Assembly: GCA_965213705.1 (NCBI GenBank)
Contig: OZ243913.1
Location: 1 to 64,000 of the forward strand
Source: Trueperaceae bacterium
GTDB lineage: Bacteria > Deinococcota > Deinococci > Deinococcales > Trueperaceae
Direction: 5' to 3'
Length of the DNA: 64,000 nt
Numbering within the stretch: position 1 is the first letter of the stretch; every line of letters begins with the position of its first letter. The notes below the pieces were generated by a model. The model saw nothing but the letters and a program-made list of their open reading frames with translations. It searched no databases and had not been told where the DNA came from. A program made the position numbers and the translations under genes. This document shows positions 49,501-59,437 of the stretch, in pieces.

Positions 49501-50448
49501 GTGAAGCCCCGCGTTCTCCTTACCGGCGCGTCGGGGTTTGTGGGCAGCCACGTCGCCCACAGCTTGGTCGAGGCGGGCTACGCGCTGCGCTGCGGCTTGC
49601 GGCCGACGAGCGCGCGGCGCTGGCTGGAGGGGCTGGACTACGAGCCGGTTTCGCTCGACTTGCAAGACTTAGGCGGGCTCGAGCGCGCCTGCGGCCGCGT
49701 CGACTTAGTCGTCCACGCGGCCGGGGTCACGCGGGCCAAGGACGACGCGACCTTTTTTCGGGTCAACACCGAGGGCACCCTGAACTTGGCGCGGGCGGCG
49801 CAGCGCGCGGGCGTGAGCCGGTTCGTTTTTGTGAGCAGTTTAGAAGCGCGCGGGCCGGACCATGCGAGCGGGCCGGACAGCCCTTACGGACACAGTAAAC
49901 TGGACGCCGAAGGTGGGTTGCGGGCGTTTGGTGAGGGCCTCGAGGTCGTCGTACTGCGACCGGCCGGAGTCTACGGGCCGCGCGACACCGACTTGCTGCC
50001 CCTGTTCAAACTGGCAAAGCTAGGTTATTTGCCCGCCCCCGCGGGCGGCGGCGTGTTGCAACCGGTTCACGCCCACGACGTGGCCGGGGCGGTGATAGCC
50101 GCGGCTTCACGCGCCGCGCGTTTCGGGCCGTTTCCGGTCGCCGAACCGCGCAGCTACACTTGGCCGGAAGTGGGGCAAGGTTTAGAAGCGGCGTTGGGGC
50201 GCAAGGTGAGGACGATAAAGGTGCCTCCGGCTGTTTTTTTGACGGCGGGGTACGGGTTGGAAAGCGTCGCCAAACTGCTCGGCCGGACGCCTCAACTCGA
50301 CAGCCGCCGGGCGCGCGCTCTCGCCGTCCACACCTACACCTGCGACGTGTTGACAACGCAGCGCGACCTCGCCTGGCAACCGCGCTACCCCTTGAGCGCA
50401 GGTCTGGCGCAAACAGCGCGGTGGTACGAACAAAAAAGCTGGCTCTAA
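49501..50448 (+). CDS. Extended SDR / NAD-dependent epimerase-dehydratase, candidate ceramide reductase (CerR-like)
   Basis: TGASGFVG, HAAG, YGHSK (YxxxK) and LRPAGVYGPRD motifs. Third gene of the spt run. Confidence 0.7.
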   Translation: MKPRVLLTGASGFVGSHVAHSLVEAGYALRCGLRPTSARRWLEGLDYEPVSLDLQDLGGLERACGRVDLVVHAAGVTRAKDDATFFRVNTEGTLNLARAAQRAGVSRFVFVSSLEARGPDHASGPDSPYGHSKLDAEGGLRAFGEGLEVVVLRPAGVYGPRDTDLLPLFKLAKLGYLPAPAGGGVLQPVHAHDVAGAVIAAASRAARFGPFPVAEPRSYTWPEVGQGLEAALGRKVRTIKVPPAVFLTAGYGLESVAKLLGRTPQLDSRRARALAVHTYTCDVLTTQRDLAWQPRYPLSAGLAQTARWYEQKSWL

Positions 50449-50648
50449 AAAAGTTGGTGTGGGTGGGGACGGGCTTCATACCGATGGTAGTAACAAAACG
50501 GCGGCAAAACCGCGGTGACAAGGGCGCCTGTACCCAGGCTGGGTGCGCCAAACAAACGAGTTTTCGAGACGGAAACGGTGATAAACTCGCTCTAGGCCGG
50601 GGAAGAGCGGGGCGCTGAGCCCACGCCTACCGGTACGGTAGGGAAGCT

Positions 50649-51671
50649 ATGAAGTCTGCGGTTGTGATGGCAGGACTGAGCGTGGTGTTCGGGGTCGTCG
50701 GGCTGGTTCTGGTCGTCGGTGACGACGTGTTTCGCCCTGAAACCTACGTTCTCACTCACTACAGTCCCGGCTTGGCACTGCTGGCACTGTTGGCTTTTAT
50801 CACCGCTTGGTTGGCACCTGCGTTTAGAATCCAGCTGCTGTGCCGTGAGCGCGTCACCCTTCCCTTTTGGCGGGCACTGCTGGTCCAGCTTGCGACTTCG
50901 TTCGGGGCCGCCGTGACGCCGGGCAAGTCGGGGGCCGGGGTCGCCGGGACCGCGGCCCTGAGTACCTTGGGCTTTTCGGTCGGCCAAAGTTTCAACATCG
51001 CCGTTCAACAGGCTTTGCTCGACCTCGCGTTTTACAGCTGGGCGTTGCCGTTGAGCCTCGCCTACCTCGTTTTGAGCGACAAGTTTAAACTCCCTTTGAG
51101 CCTGGAACTTGCCGGCTTGGCGCTTGCGCTCGGTTTGGTTATAGCTTTGCTGTTTCGGCGAAAAGTGCCCGAGTTGCTGTTGCGCGTGGCTTTGACGGCG
51201 GCGCGGCTGCCCCTGCCGGGGCGCGTCAGGCTGTGGTTGCAGCGCGCAACCCACGACTACTACCGGAGCGCTCAAACCGAGTTCAGGCTCAGCCGCACAG
51301 GGTGGTTGGGCGCGCATGTAGCGACGGCGGTGGGCTGGCTGAGCAACTATGCGCTGCTGTGGGCGCTGCTCAAGTTGGACGGGGCCGAGGCCGCGTTGTC
51401 GGGCGTGGTGGCGGTGTTGACGCTGGTGTCCGTTACCGCCAACATCGTGCCGACGCCGGGCGGCTCCGGTTTTATAGAAGTGGCGGTGGGTTTGGCGACG
51501 CAGGCGCAAAGTTCAAGCCGAGTCGCCGCCGCACTGTTGCTGTGGCGACTCGGTACCTTTTACATCATCTTTTTTATCGGTCCTTTCGCGAGTTGGTTGC
51601 TGTACCGTAACCGCTCCGCACAGTTGACGCGGCCCCGCGCCGGAGTCAGGTTGAACGAGCGAGATGTTTGA
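50649..51671 (+). CDS. Flippase-like (LPG synthase TM / UPF0104) membrane protein
   Basis: AAVTPGKSG, PTPGGSGFIE and LLWRLGTFY motifs. Polytopic. Confidence 0.85.
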   Translation: MKSAVVMAGLSVVFGVVGLVLVVGDDVFRPETYVLTHYSPGLALLALLAFITAWLAPAFRIQLLCRERVTLPFWRALLVQLATSFGAAVTPGKSGAGVAGTAALSTLGFSVGQSFNIAVQQALLDLAFYSWALPLSLAYLVLSDKFKLPLSLELAGLALALGLVIALLFRRKVPELLLRVALTAARLPLPGRVRLWLQRATHDYYRSAQTEFRLSRTGWLGAHVATAVGWLSNYALLWALLKLDGAEAALSGVVAVLTLVSVTANIVPTPGGSGFIEVAVGLATQAQSSSRVAAALLLWRLGTFYIIFFIGPFASWLLYRNRSAQLTRPRAGVRLNERDV

Positions 51672-52917
51672 CGTGCCGAGCGTTCACTTAGAGGACGCCG
51701 TGAGCGTGACCGGTTTGACCTCGCCCGTTCGCGTCGCCCTGTTTACCGGCGCTTACAACCACATTGCCGACGGGGTGTCTCTGACCCTCAACCGCTTGGT
51801 CCATTACCTAGAAACGCAAGGACACAGCGTGCGCGTGTTCGCGCCGACGGTTCGCGAACCCGAACTGAGCCACAAAGGCACCCTGATACCGGCGTGGTCC
51901 GTACCGGCCCCGGGCCGCCCCGACTACCGCTTGGCGTTGGGTTTGTCGCCGAAAGCGCGCCACGCCCTCAGCGGCTTCGACCCGGACTTGTACCACGTCG
52001 CCACCCCCGACCTGCTGGGCCACCAGGCGCTGCGCTTGGCGCGGCGCTCGGGCAAGCCCGTCGTCGCTTCTTATCACACGCACTTCAGTTCCTACCTGGG
52101 CTATTACGGCTTGGGCAGGCTCGAGCCCCCGCTGTGGTGGGCCTTGCGCCGCTTTTACCGCCGCTGCGACCAGGTTTACGTGCCGACGGCTTCGGTTGCC
52201 GCAAGCCTGCGCGACCACGGCGTCACCGAAGGGCTGCGTTTGTGGCCGCGCGGCGTCGACGCCGCGCGCTTCAACCCTGCTCGGCGCTCTTTTGCCTGGC
52301 GGCGCGCCCACGGAATCGCCGACGACGAGACCGTGCTGATTTTCGTCAGCCGCCTGGTCTGGGAAAAGGGTTTGGAAACGCTCGCTGAAACCGTCGAGGC
52401 GTTGCAACGGCGCGGCGTTCCCCACCGCAGCGTCGTCGTCGGCGACGGGCCGGCCGGTCCGTCGCTGCAACGTCGGCTTCAGCAAACGGTCTTTACGGGT
52501 CGCTTGGAAGGTGCCGAACTTGCAACCGCCTACGCCTCGGCCGACCTGTTTTTGTTTCCGAGCGAGACCGAGACGTTCGGCAACGTGGTTTTAGAGGCGA
52601 TGGCCTCCGGCTTGGCCGCCGTCTGCGCCGACGCGACCGGCAGCCGCGACCTGCAAGTGACGGGGGTAACCGGTTACCTCGTTCCCCCGGGCGACAGCTC
52701 CAGCTTTGCCGAAAAAACTGCGGCGCTCCTGACTCGGCCCAGCCTCCGCCGCGACTTGGCCGACGCTGCTTACGAGCGGTCACAAACCTACCACTGGGAG
52801 GCGGTGCTGGCGCGCGTTGCCGGGTACTACCAGCAGGTGTTGGCGGGACGGGCCACGGAGGGCCGAGCGCCGACCGAACGCGGCCCGGCGGTCAACCGAA
52901 ATAGTCCTCGAGGATGA
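51664..52917 (+). CDS. GT4 glycolipid glycosyltransferase (MgtA/PimB-like)
   Basis: DGVSLTL, HVATP, ASYHTHF, WPRGVD..RFNP, VSRLVWEKG and ETFGNVVLEAMASG motifs. Confidence 0.9.
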   Translation: MFDVPSVHLEDAVSVTGLTSPVRVALFTGAYNHIADGVSLTLNRLVHYLETQGHSVRVFAPTVREPELSHKGTLIPAWSVPAPGRPDYRLALGLSPKARHALSGFDPDLYHVATPDLLGHQALRLARRSGKPVVASYHTHFSSYLGYYGLGRLEPPLWWALRRFYRRCDQVYVPTASVAASLRDHGVTEGLRLWPRGVDAARFNPARRSFAWRRAHGIADDETVLIFVSRLVWEKGLETLAETVEALQRRGVPHRSVVVGDGPAGPSLQRRLQQTVFTGRLEGAELATAYASADLFLFPSETETFGNVVLEAMASGLAAVCADATGSRDLQVTGVTGYLVPPGDSSSFAEKTAALLTRPSLRRDLADAAYERSQTYHWEAVLARVAGYYQQVLAGRATEGRAPTERGPAVNRNSPRG

Positions 52918-53761
52918 CTTTGGTGCTTTTGTACTTCCAGTGCCAGCGCCGCCGCGCACCTACGCCTGCGGTCGTCGCGTTTTGGTGATGGCGCACGACC
53001 AAGTCGGGCAGCCACCACACTTGCAAGTCGGCGTTGCGCGCTTGTTCTGCCAGGTGCACCTCTTCAAAGTACATAAAGCCGCGGTACTCGAGGGTCAGCG
53101 CCTCCAACAAGCGGTCTTTCAAAAACACGGCGCTGCCGTGAGGTGCGTAAATTTTCGCGGGTGCGGCGTTCAGGTGCGCACGTTTGAACGCGTCGAGCTT
53201 TTGCTTGGTCACGAAGCCCAAGTCCCAGAGTCGGCTCAGCGGCACGCTGCGCCACACCCACATATACAGGTAAAGCAAAAAACGGGCCGGGCGCGAGCGC
53301 ATAAACGGGTTTTGCCGCGCGCCGTTGTCCAGCAGCACGTTCGGAGCGACGATGCCCACGTCTTCAGGCAAAACGTGCGCGGCCAAACGGTAAAAAAAGT
53401 CGGCGGCGAACTCCAAGTCGGTGTTGACGACGCCCAGCCAAGTCGGGAGCGTTTTGTGCTCGGCCCGCCAGGCCCGGTAGGCGAAAGCGCAGCCGCCCAA
53501 GTAACCCACGTTGCGGCTTTTATAAACGCTCACGCCGGCCGGGAGCGGTTCTTCGTTCGTCCAGGAAGCGCTGCTGTCTGCAACGGCGACAGCCAAACGC
53601 CAACCCGGCGGCAGGGGAAGTCCCTGCAGGTGCGCGACAAAACGGCGCACCTGCGCCTCGTTGTGGTAGTGAACACAGCTCAGCAGGACGGTTACGGCTG
53701 GGTTGCCGTTCTGGTCACCGTTCGTGGCTGCGGCGTCCCGGGTTGAAAGGTCGTCACTCAA
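52892..53761 (-). CDS. GT2-like glycosyltransferase
   Basis: NVGYLGG, VVNTDL, QNPF, APHGSAVF and FMYFEE motifs. Confidence 0.75.
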   Translation of the reverse strand: MSDDLSTRDAAATNGDQNGNPAVTVLLSCVHYHNEAQVRRFVAHLQGLPLPPGWRLAVAVADSSASWTNEEPLPAGVSVYKSRNVGYLGGCAFAYRAWRAEHKTLPTWLGVVNTDLEFAADFFYRLAAHVLPEDVGIVAPNVLLDNGARQNPFMRSRPARFLLYLYMWVWRSVPLSRLWDLGFVTKQKLDAFKRAHLNAAPAKIYAPHGSAVFLKDRLLEALTLEYRGFMYFEEVHLAEQARNADLQVWWLPDLVVRHHQNATTAGVGARRRWHWKYKSTKVILEDYFG

Positions 53762-53965
53762 AGTCGGTCTCTTCCAGTCGCTCGCTTACATCGCTTTCGG
53801 CCGTGCGCCGCTTTGCTCCGGGCCGGGTCGAAAGCTCGAGCGCGTCGTAAAAACCCAGCCACTCTAGCACAGAACAGCGTTTTTTCTGAGCAGGGGCGGT
53901 ACTTGGGCGGTTCGTTGCCGGGGAGCGCGTTCGGGGGCGGCACGTTTGTGTCATGATAGCCAGGC

Positions 53966-55201
53966 ATGACCCCAGCGACGACCCTCTTGCCGACCCGCGC
54001 TTCGGCTCTCAAAGCCAAGCTGCTCTTCGCCACCATAGCAGCGGGCGGCGGTCACGTCGCGACGGCCGAGGCGATGGCGGCGGCTGTGACGCGCCACTAC
54101 CCAGGGCAGTTGGAGGCGGTTGTCACGGACTACATGAAAGAGGTCGGCAACCGCGAAGCCGCTGTCGCGGCGTTTGACGAGCGCCACAAAGAGTTGTGGA
54201 AAAGAGCCTTGCGTTTTCCCTTGTCGGCGCGCTTGGGCCAGCGGCTTATCGACGCGCTGCCCAACCTCACCGTAAAAGTGCAGCGGCGCTTTTTGGCCCG
54301 CTTTGCCGAGGTCGCCGCGGCCGACTTGGCGGAGCGACGCCCCGACTTGGTCGTTTCGAATCACGGGCTGATAACGACCGGTTTGGCACTTGCCAAACGC
54401 GACTACGGCCTCAGGGTTCCCGTACTGACTTTTGCAACCGAAACGCACAACATCAGCGCCTACTGGGCCGACCCCGAGGCGGACCACATGTTGGTACCGA
54501 ATAGGGGCGTGCTCGCCGACTTAAACCGCATGGGCGTGCCGCTTGACAAGATGGACGTGGTCGGCTACCCGGTGCAACAAGCGTTTTTGCAAGCTCCCGA
54601 CAAAACGGAGGCTCGAGCCCGCCTCGGCCTCTCAATCCGGTTTACCCTCCTCGTTTCGCTCGGCGGCGAGGGCATCGGCGGCGACCCGCTCCAAACGGTG
54701 CGGGTGCTCGCCGCCGCGCGGCCCCACGCCCAAATCCTGGTGATGTGTGGCCGCAACGAAACGCTGCAGCGTAAAGTCGCCGCGCTGCAAGCCCCCAACT
54801 TGCGCGCTTACGGCTTCAGCCGGGACATGGCCGTCTTTTTGGCGGCGAGCGACGTCGTGGTCGGCAAGGCCGGCCCGGCGTCGGTCTACGAAACGCTCGC
54901 GGTGGGCCGGCCCCTGCTGATTACGAGTTATGCCGGCCTCAACGAACAAGGCGTGACTCGGTTCGTCGCCGAACAGGGTCTGGGGCATTACGTTTCCTCG
55001 ACAGCTGCGCTTTTGAAAGCTTTGAGTCTTTACGAGCGAGGCGACCCGGACCAGGGCAATCCGCAAAGCGACAGGGTTCAAGACGTAGCAGCGCGTTGCC
55101 GCGCCCTCGACCTCAAGGGGCAGACCGACGCCGTAGCGCAAGCCATCTGGGGTTACCTGAACCGGTTCAAACCTACACCTTACCAGGACGTGTGGGTTTA
55201 A
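53966..55201 (+). CDS. GT28 MGDG-synthase/UgtP-like glycolipid glycosyltransferase
   Basis: GGGHVATAEA, VVGYPV, LGGEGIG, CGRNE and DVVVGKAGPASVYE motifs. Confidence 0.88.
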   Translation: MTPATTLLPTRASALKAKLLFATIAAGGGHVATAEAMAAAVTRHYPGQLEAVVTDYMKEVGNREAAVAAFDERHKELWKRALRFPLSARLGQRLIDALPNLTVKVQRRFLARFAEVAAADLAERRPDLVVSNHGLITTGLALAKRDYGLRVPVLTFATETHNISAYWADPEADHMLVPNRGVLADLNRMGVPLDKMDVVGYPVQQAFLQAPDKTEARARLGLSIRFTLLVSLGGEGIGGDPLQTVRVLAAARPHAQILVMCGRNETLQRKVAALQAPNLRAYGFSRDMAVFLAASDVVVGKAGPASVYETLAVGRPLLITSYAGLNEQGVTRFVAEQGLGHYVSSTAALLKALSLYERGDPDQGNPQSDRVQDVAARCRALDLKGQTDAVAQAIWGYLNRFKPTPYQDVWV

Positions 55202-55208
55202 GAAATCC

Positions 55209-56225
55209 ATGCGCAAAAGGTACTGGCTGACGGTCATCATCTCCGTCGTGTTCGGCGCATTCGCGCTGTGGCTGGTGTTGCCGGAGGCTTTCGCGCCGGC
55301 CAGCCTGGCAACATTGCGGCGTCTGACAAGTCATCACTACGCGGCCGTCGCACTCGTCATAACGGGCTGGTGGTCGGCGGCGGCCGTGCGCTTTATGCTG
55401 CTCAGCCACGCTGTCGGACGGCCCATCCGTTTTCACCAGGGCGTCCGGGTGACTTTAGCGGGTATTTTCGCCGCGACCGTCACGCCTTCGGGTGGGGGCA
55501 GCGGCGTGGGAGTAGCCCTCAGCCTGAACCGCTACGGCTTGTCGCTACACGAGGCCGTCGCCGTGACCACCCTCACCCTGACCCTCGACTTAGCTTTTTT
55601 CACCTGGGCGGTGCCCGCCTCGTTTTTTTACTTGTTGGCCGAGGGTGTGCGCTTGCCCGGCGAAAACTTAGGCGCCTTGGTCGTGGTCGTGTCGCTGGTT
55701 CTGCTGGCGCTGGGCTACCTCGTGACGTTTCGACTGGCGCTGTTGAGCCGAGGTTTGAAAAGAGTCGCGTTTTTGTCGCTTCTGCGCCCGTTGCGGCGGC
55801 GTTTGCTGCGCTTCGTGAACGAGCTGACGACGGCGCACGCGCTGTTCAATGGGCGGGGGGGTTTGGAACACCTGAGTTTTCACCTGTTGACCCTCCTGAC
55901 CTGGCTTTTCCACCTCGGGCTTTTGAACGTGGTGGCTTGGGCGCTCGAGCTGGGCATTCCCCCCCTGGAGTTGCTGGCGCTGCAACTGCTGATTTTAGTC
56001 TTGTCGTTTGCCATCCCCACGCCCGGCGGCAGCGGTTATTTGGAAGCCGCCCTCGCGCTGGCCCTCAGGGGCGACGCGCCCGCCCAGACCCTGTCGGTGG
56101 CGGTGGTGGTGTGGCGCGTGTTCGGCTACTACTTGTATTTTTTGGTCGGCCCCTTGAACAGCTTTACGCTGCTGGCCCGGCGGCGCGGGCCGCGGGCCGC
56201 ACGGGTCAGCCCACCTGATCGATAG
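55209..56225 (+). CDS. Second flippase-like (LPG synthase TM / UPF0104) membrane protein
   Basis: ATVTPSGGG, PTPGGSGYLE and VVWRVFGYY motifs. Paralogous to 50649-51671. Confidence 0.85.
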   Translation: MRKRYWLTVIISVVFGAFALWLVLPEAFAPASLATLRRLTSHHYAAVALVITGWWSAAAVRFMLLSHAVGRPIRFHQGVRVTLAGIFAATVTPSGGGSGVGVALSLNRYGLSLHEAVAVTTLTLTLDLAFFTWAVPASFFYLLAEGVRLPGENLGALVVVVSLVLLALGYLVTFRLALLSRGLKRVAFLSLLRPLRRRLLRFVNELTTAHALFNGRGGLEHLSFHLLTLLTWLFHLGLLNVVAWALELGIPPLELLALQLLILVLSFAIPTPGGSGYLEAALALALRGDAPAQTLSVAVVVWRVFGYYLYFLVGPLNSFTLLARRRGPRAARVSPPDR

Positions 56226-57159
56226 GCAGCTTACCTAACGCGTAAGCGACCCTACGCCGGTTCGCTTCGGACAGAAAAGTCCGTAGCGTCGTGCCGGCAA
56301 AAGCCGGATACACCCGCGCGCGCGTGGCCTCGCTTACGTCGCGGCGGCCGAGTTTTGCAGCCAAACCGCGCGCGTCCCGCCCTACCTTGAAGACATCCTG
56401 GGGCCGACCCGCCGCGGCCAGGTGAAAAAAACCCGCCAGGTAGCGCCCGGCGAGCATCTCGAGCCGCTCCACCCCGCGAAAGTACCGCATGATTGTAACG
56501 AGGTCGTTGCGAAACGGCAGGTAAGCCTGGTGCGGCTTGATGCTGGCGCGCGCCTGGTAGAGGTGATAAACCGGGGCGTCCGGCAAAAAGTCGGCCTCCC
56601 AACCGTGCGCCAGCACTTCGATGGTCGTCGGAATTTCGGTGGCGTACATAAAGTAGCCCGGCGGGCTCAGCGGCACTTGCGACAAGACCGCGCGCCGAAA
56701 CACGACCGCGCCCGCGAAAAAACCGCGCGCGGGCGCATAGCTGTGGCCGGCGCGAACCTCCGGCAAGTACGGCGTGTAGGCCGTGCGCCCGGACACGGGT
56801 TCGACAAAAGGCAGCGCCACCATGCCGAGCCTTTCGCCCCGTTTTTCAAAGTGGGCGACGACCTTGGGCAGCGTGTCTTCGTGGGGGTAAGCGTCATCGT
56901 CGAGTTCGAACACGAGGTCGCCGGTCACGTGTCGGAGCGCGTCCCCCAACCCGTCGAAGCCGCGCGGCGCGTCGTGGCGGCACACTTTGACCCCCGGAAA
57001 GTCGTTCAGCATGGCGGCGGTGCCGTCTCGAGAGCCGTCGTCGACCACGACGACCTCGCGCGCAGGACCGGGCAACGTCTCCAGACGGGTCAGCAACCGC
57101 CGCAACGTGTCCCGCCGCGCGTGGGTCGGAATCAAAAAGGTAACGACGGGCTCGAGCAC
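56206..57159 (-). CDS. GT2 glycosyltransferase
   Basis: LIPTHAR, VVVDDGSRDGT, LDDDAY and FMYATE motifs. Confidence 0.88.
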   Translation of the reverse strand: MLEPVVTFLIPTHARRDTLRRLLTRLETLPGPAREVVVVDDGSRDGTAAMLNDFPGVKVCRHDAPRGFDGLGDALRHVTGDLVFELDDDAYPHEDTLPKVVAHFEKRGERLGMVALPFVEPVSGRTAYTPYLPEVRAGHSYAPARGFFAGAVVFRRAVLSQVPLSPPGYFMYATEIPTTIEVLAHGWEADFLPDAPVYHLYQARASIKPHQAYLPFRNDLVTIMRYFRGVERLEMLAGRYLAGFFHLAAAGRPQDVFKVGRDARGLAAKLGRRDVSEATRARVYPAFAGTTLRTFLSEANRRRVAYALGKLPIDQVG

Positions 57160-57211
57160 AAGGCTTAGATTATGGCACGGCCGCGCTCGTTCTCGGAACC
57201 CGCGGCTCGGT

Positions 57212-58231
57212 TCAGCTTTCCAGGACCGCTCGCACCGCCGCCAACACCCGCTTCGCGTTCGGACGGTAGTGGTGCTCTATCGAACTGAAAGGCGGGTAGG
57301 GCGCGTCCCAACCGGCCACGCGCAACACGGGAGCGTGAAGTGAGTAAAGTGCCTCCTCGGCCAGCCGCGCCGCGACTTCCGCGCCGAAACCGCTGTTCCG
57401 CATGGCCTCGTAAACGACGACCGCCCGACCCGTTTTTTCGACCGAGGCGAGCACCGTGTCCATGTCGAGCGGCGTGAGGGTTTCTAAGTCGATGATTTCG
57501 AGTTCCACACCTTCTTTCGAGGCGACCTCGGCGGCTTTCTCGCAAACCTCGACCATGCCGCCGTAACAAATCAACGTCGCCGCGTCACCGGGGCGCACCA
57601 CTCGAGCCCACCCAATCTCGTGCGTGTAGTACCCCGTAGGCACCGCCTCTTTGAGCGAGCGGTAAAGCTTGATGGCCTCGAAAAAAAACACCGGGTCGGG
57701 GTCGTCGATGGCGGCCAGCAGGAGGCCCTTGGCGCGCTCCGGCGTCGACGGGATAACGACTTTGACGCCCGGCACGTGCGTCAGAAAGCCTTCGGGCGAG
57801 TCGGCGTGTTGCTCGGGCGTGTGGACGCCGCCGCCGTAGGGCGCGCGCACGACCATCGGCACGGAAAAGCGCCCGCGCGTCCGGTGCCGATAGCGGCCCA
57901 GGTGCGACAAGATTTGGTCGAAGGCCGGATACAAAAATCCTGCAAACTGGATTTCGGCGACCGGTTTCATCCCGGCGAGCGCCAAACCGATGCCGTAACC
58001 GACGATGCCCGCCTCGGCCAGCGGCGTGTCGAAGACTCGAGCCTCGCCGTACTTTTGCTGCAAGCCGTCCGAGGCGCGGAACACGCCGCCCATGTGCCCG
58101 ACGTCCTCGCCGAAGAGCAGCACTTTGGGGTCGCGGCTCAGCGCCACGTCGAGCGCGTCGTTGACGGCCTGGACCATGTTCATCGTCTTCGAGGTTTGCA
58201 CCTCGTCGCGGCTTTTCTCTTCAACGCTCAT
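57212..58231 (-). CDS. 2-oxoacid (pyruvate or branched-chain) dehydrogenase E1 beta
   Basis: [25 protein letters not shown] and [12 protein letters not shown] motifs. Confidence 0.95.
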   Translation of the reverse strand: MSVEEKSRDEVQTSKTMNMVQAVNDALDVALSRDPKVLLFGEDVGHMGGVFRASDGLQQKYGEARVFDTPLAEAGIVGYGIGLALAGMKPVAEIQFAGFLYPAFDQILSHLGRYRHRTRGRFSVPMVVRAPYGGGVHTPEQHADSPEGFLTHVPGVKVVIPSTPERAKGLLLAAIDDPDPVFFFEAIKLYRSLKEAVPTGYYTHEIGWARVVRPGDAATLICYGGMVEVCEKAAEVASKEGVELEIIDLETLTPLDMDTVLASVEKTGRAVVVYEAMRNSGFGAEVAARLAEEALYSLHAPVLRVAGWDAPYPPFSSIEHHYRPNAKRVLAAVRAVLES

Positions 58232-59265
58232 GCAGGGCCTCTTTCATGCAAAGCCTCCCAAGCGCGGGTCTGTTCAGCCGTCATCGTTTCGAACACGTGC
58301 TCGACGATTTCCCACGGCTCGGGCTCGGGCGTTTCGTCGGCGATTCGCAACGCTTCGCCCAGTTCGGTTTTGAAACCGTCTTCCAGGGCGCGCTCCTGCT
58401 CGTCGTCCCACAGCTCGAGACCGTTGAGTAAGTTCCGCATCCGCACCACCGGGTCTTTTTTGCGCCAAGGGTCGCTGTCAAGCTCGTCCCGGTAACGCCC
58501 TGGGTCGTCCGAAGTCGTGTGCGGCGCGATGCGGTAGGTCAGGGCTTCTATGAGGGTGGGGCCGTCGCCACCCCTCGCCCGCGCCACCGCCTCCCGCGCC
58601 ACCGCCCACACCGCGACGAGGTCGTTGCCGTCCACCACCACGCCCGGCAGCCCGTAGCCCGCGGCGCGCTCGGCGATGCGCTGGTTTTTCATCTGTTTGG
58701 AGGTCGGCACGCTGATGGCCCAACCGTTGTTCTGCACCGTAAACACGACCGGCGCGCCAAACACGGCGGCGAAGTTCAGCGCCTCGTGAAAGTCGCCCTC
58801 GGACGTGCCGCCGTCGCCGATGTAGGTCCCGGCGACCCAGTCCTCACCCTGGTAACGCCCCGCCATCGCCACGCCGACCGCCTGCGGCAACTGCGTGGCG
58901 ATGGGAATGTAAAAGGGCAACATCCGCAACTCGTCCGGAAAGCGCCAGCCCGCCGGGTGCGCCCGCCAGTACAAGATGAGCTGCGCCACCGACAAACCGT
59001 GCGTGAGCGCCGCCGCACTCTCGCGGTAGCTCGGCACGAGCCAATCGCTTTTTTCCAGCGCCAGCGCCGTGCCGACCTGCGCGGCTTCTTGCCCGTAACA
59101 GGGCGGATACACGCCGAGCCGCCCCTGCCGGTGCAGCGTGACCGCCCGCTCGTCGAAAAAGCGGCTGCGCCGCAACGCCTCGTAACCCTTTACCAGTTCG
59201 TCGTTACCGAAAGGAAGCTCCTTTAGCGGCTCTCCGCTGTCACTCAAGTACTGAACTGTCTCCAT
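58228..59265 (-). CDS. 2-oxoacid dehydrogenase E1 alpha
   Basis: SD GGAGG then ATG 59265. [20 protein letters not shown] (ThDP motif) and PHTTSDDP. Confidence 0.95.
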   Translation of the reverse strand: METVQYLSDSGEPLKELPFGNDELVKGYEALRRSRFFDERAVTLHRQGRLGVYPPCYGQEAAQVGTALALEKSDWLVPSYRESAAALTHGLSVAQLILYWRAHPAGWRFPDELRMLPFYIPIATQLPQAVGVAMAGRYQGEDWVAGTYIGDGGTSEGDFHEALNFAAVFGAPVVFTVQNNGWAISVPTSKQMKNQRIAERAAGYGLPGVVVDGNDLVAVWAVAREAVARARGGDGPTLIEALTYRIAPHTTSDDPGRYRDELDSDPWRKKDPVVRMRNLLNGLELWDDEQERALEDGFKTELGEALRIADETPEPEPWEIVEHVFETMTAEQTRAWEALHERGPA

Positions 59266-59437
59266 GTGCCCTCCAAAGGTTTGTGAATAGAGAAGTGGAT
59301 GTATACAGGCTATTGTACTCGAGCCCGCTGAACTTGCGTATTTGTACTTGGGGTGCGGCGGGGTCTCGAGCTTGGGCACCTAAGCTCTATGACTCAACCG
59401 CTAGGCAGTCGCAGCTTTCCAGGCTAAACTCTGGTTT

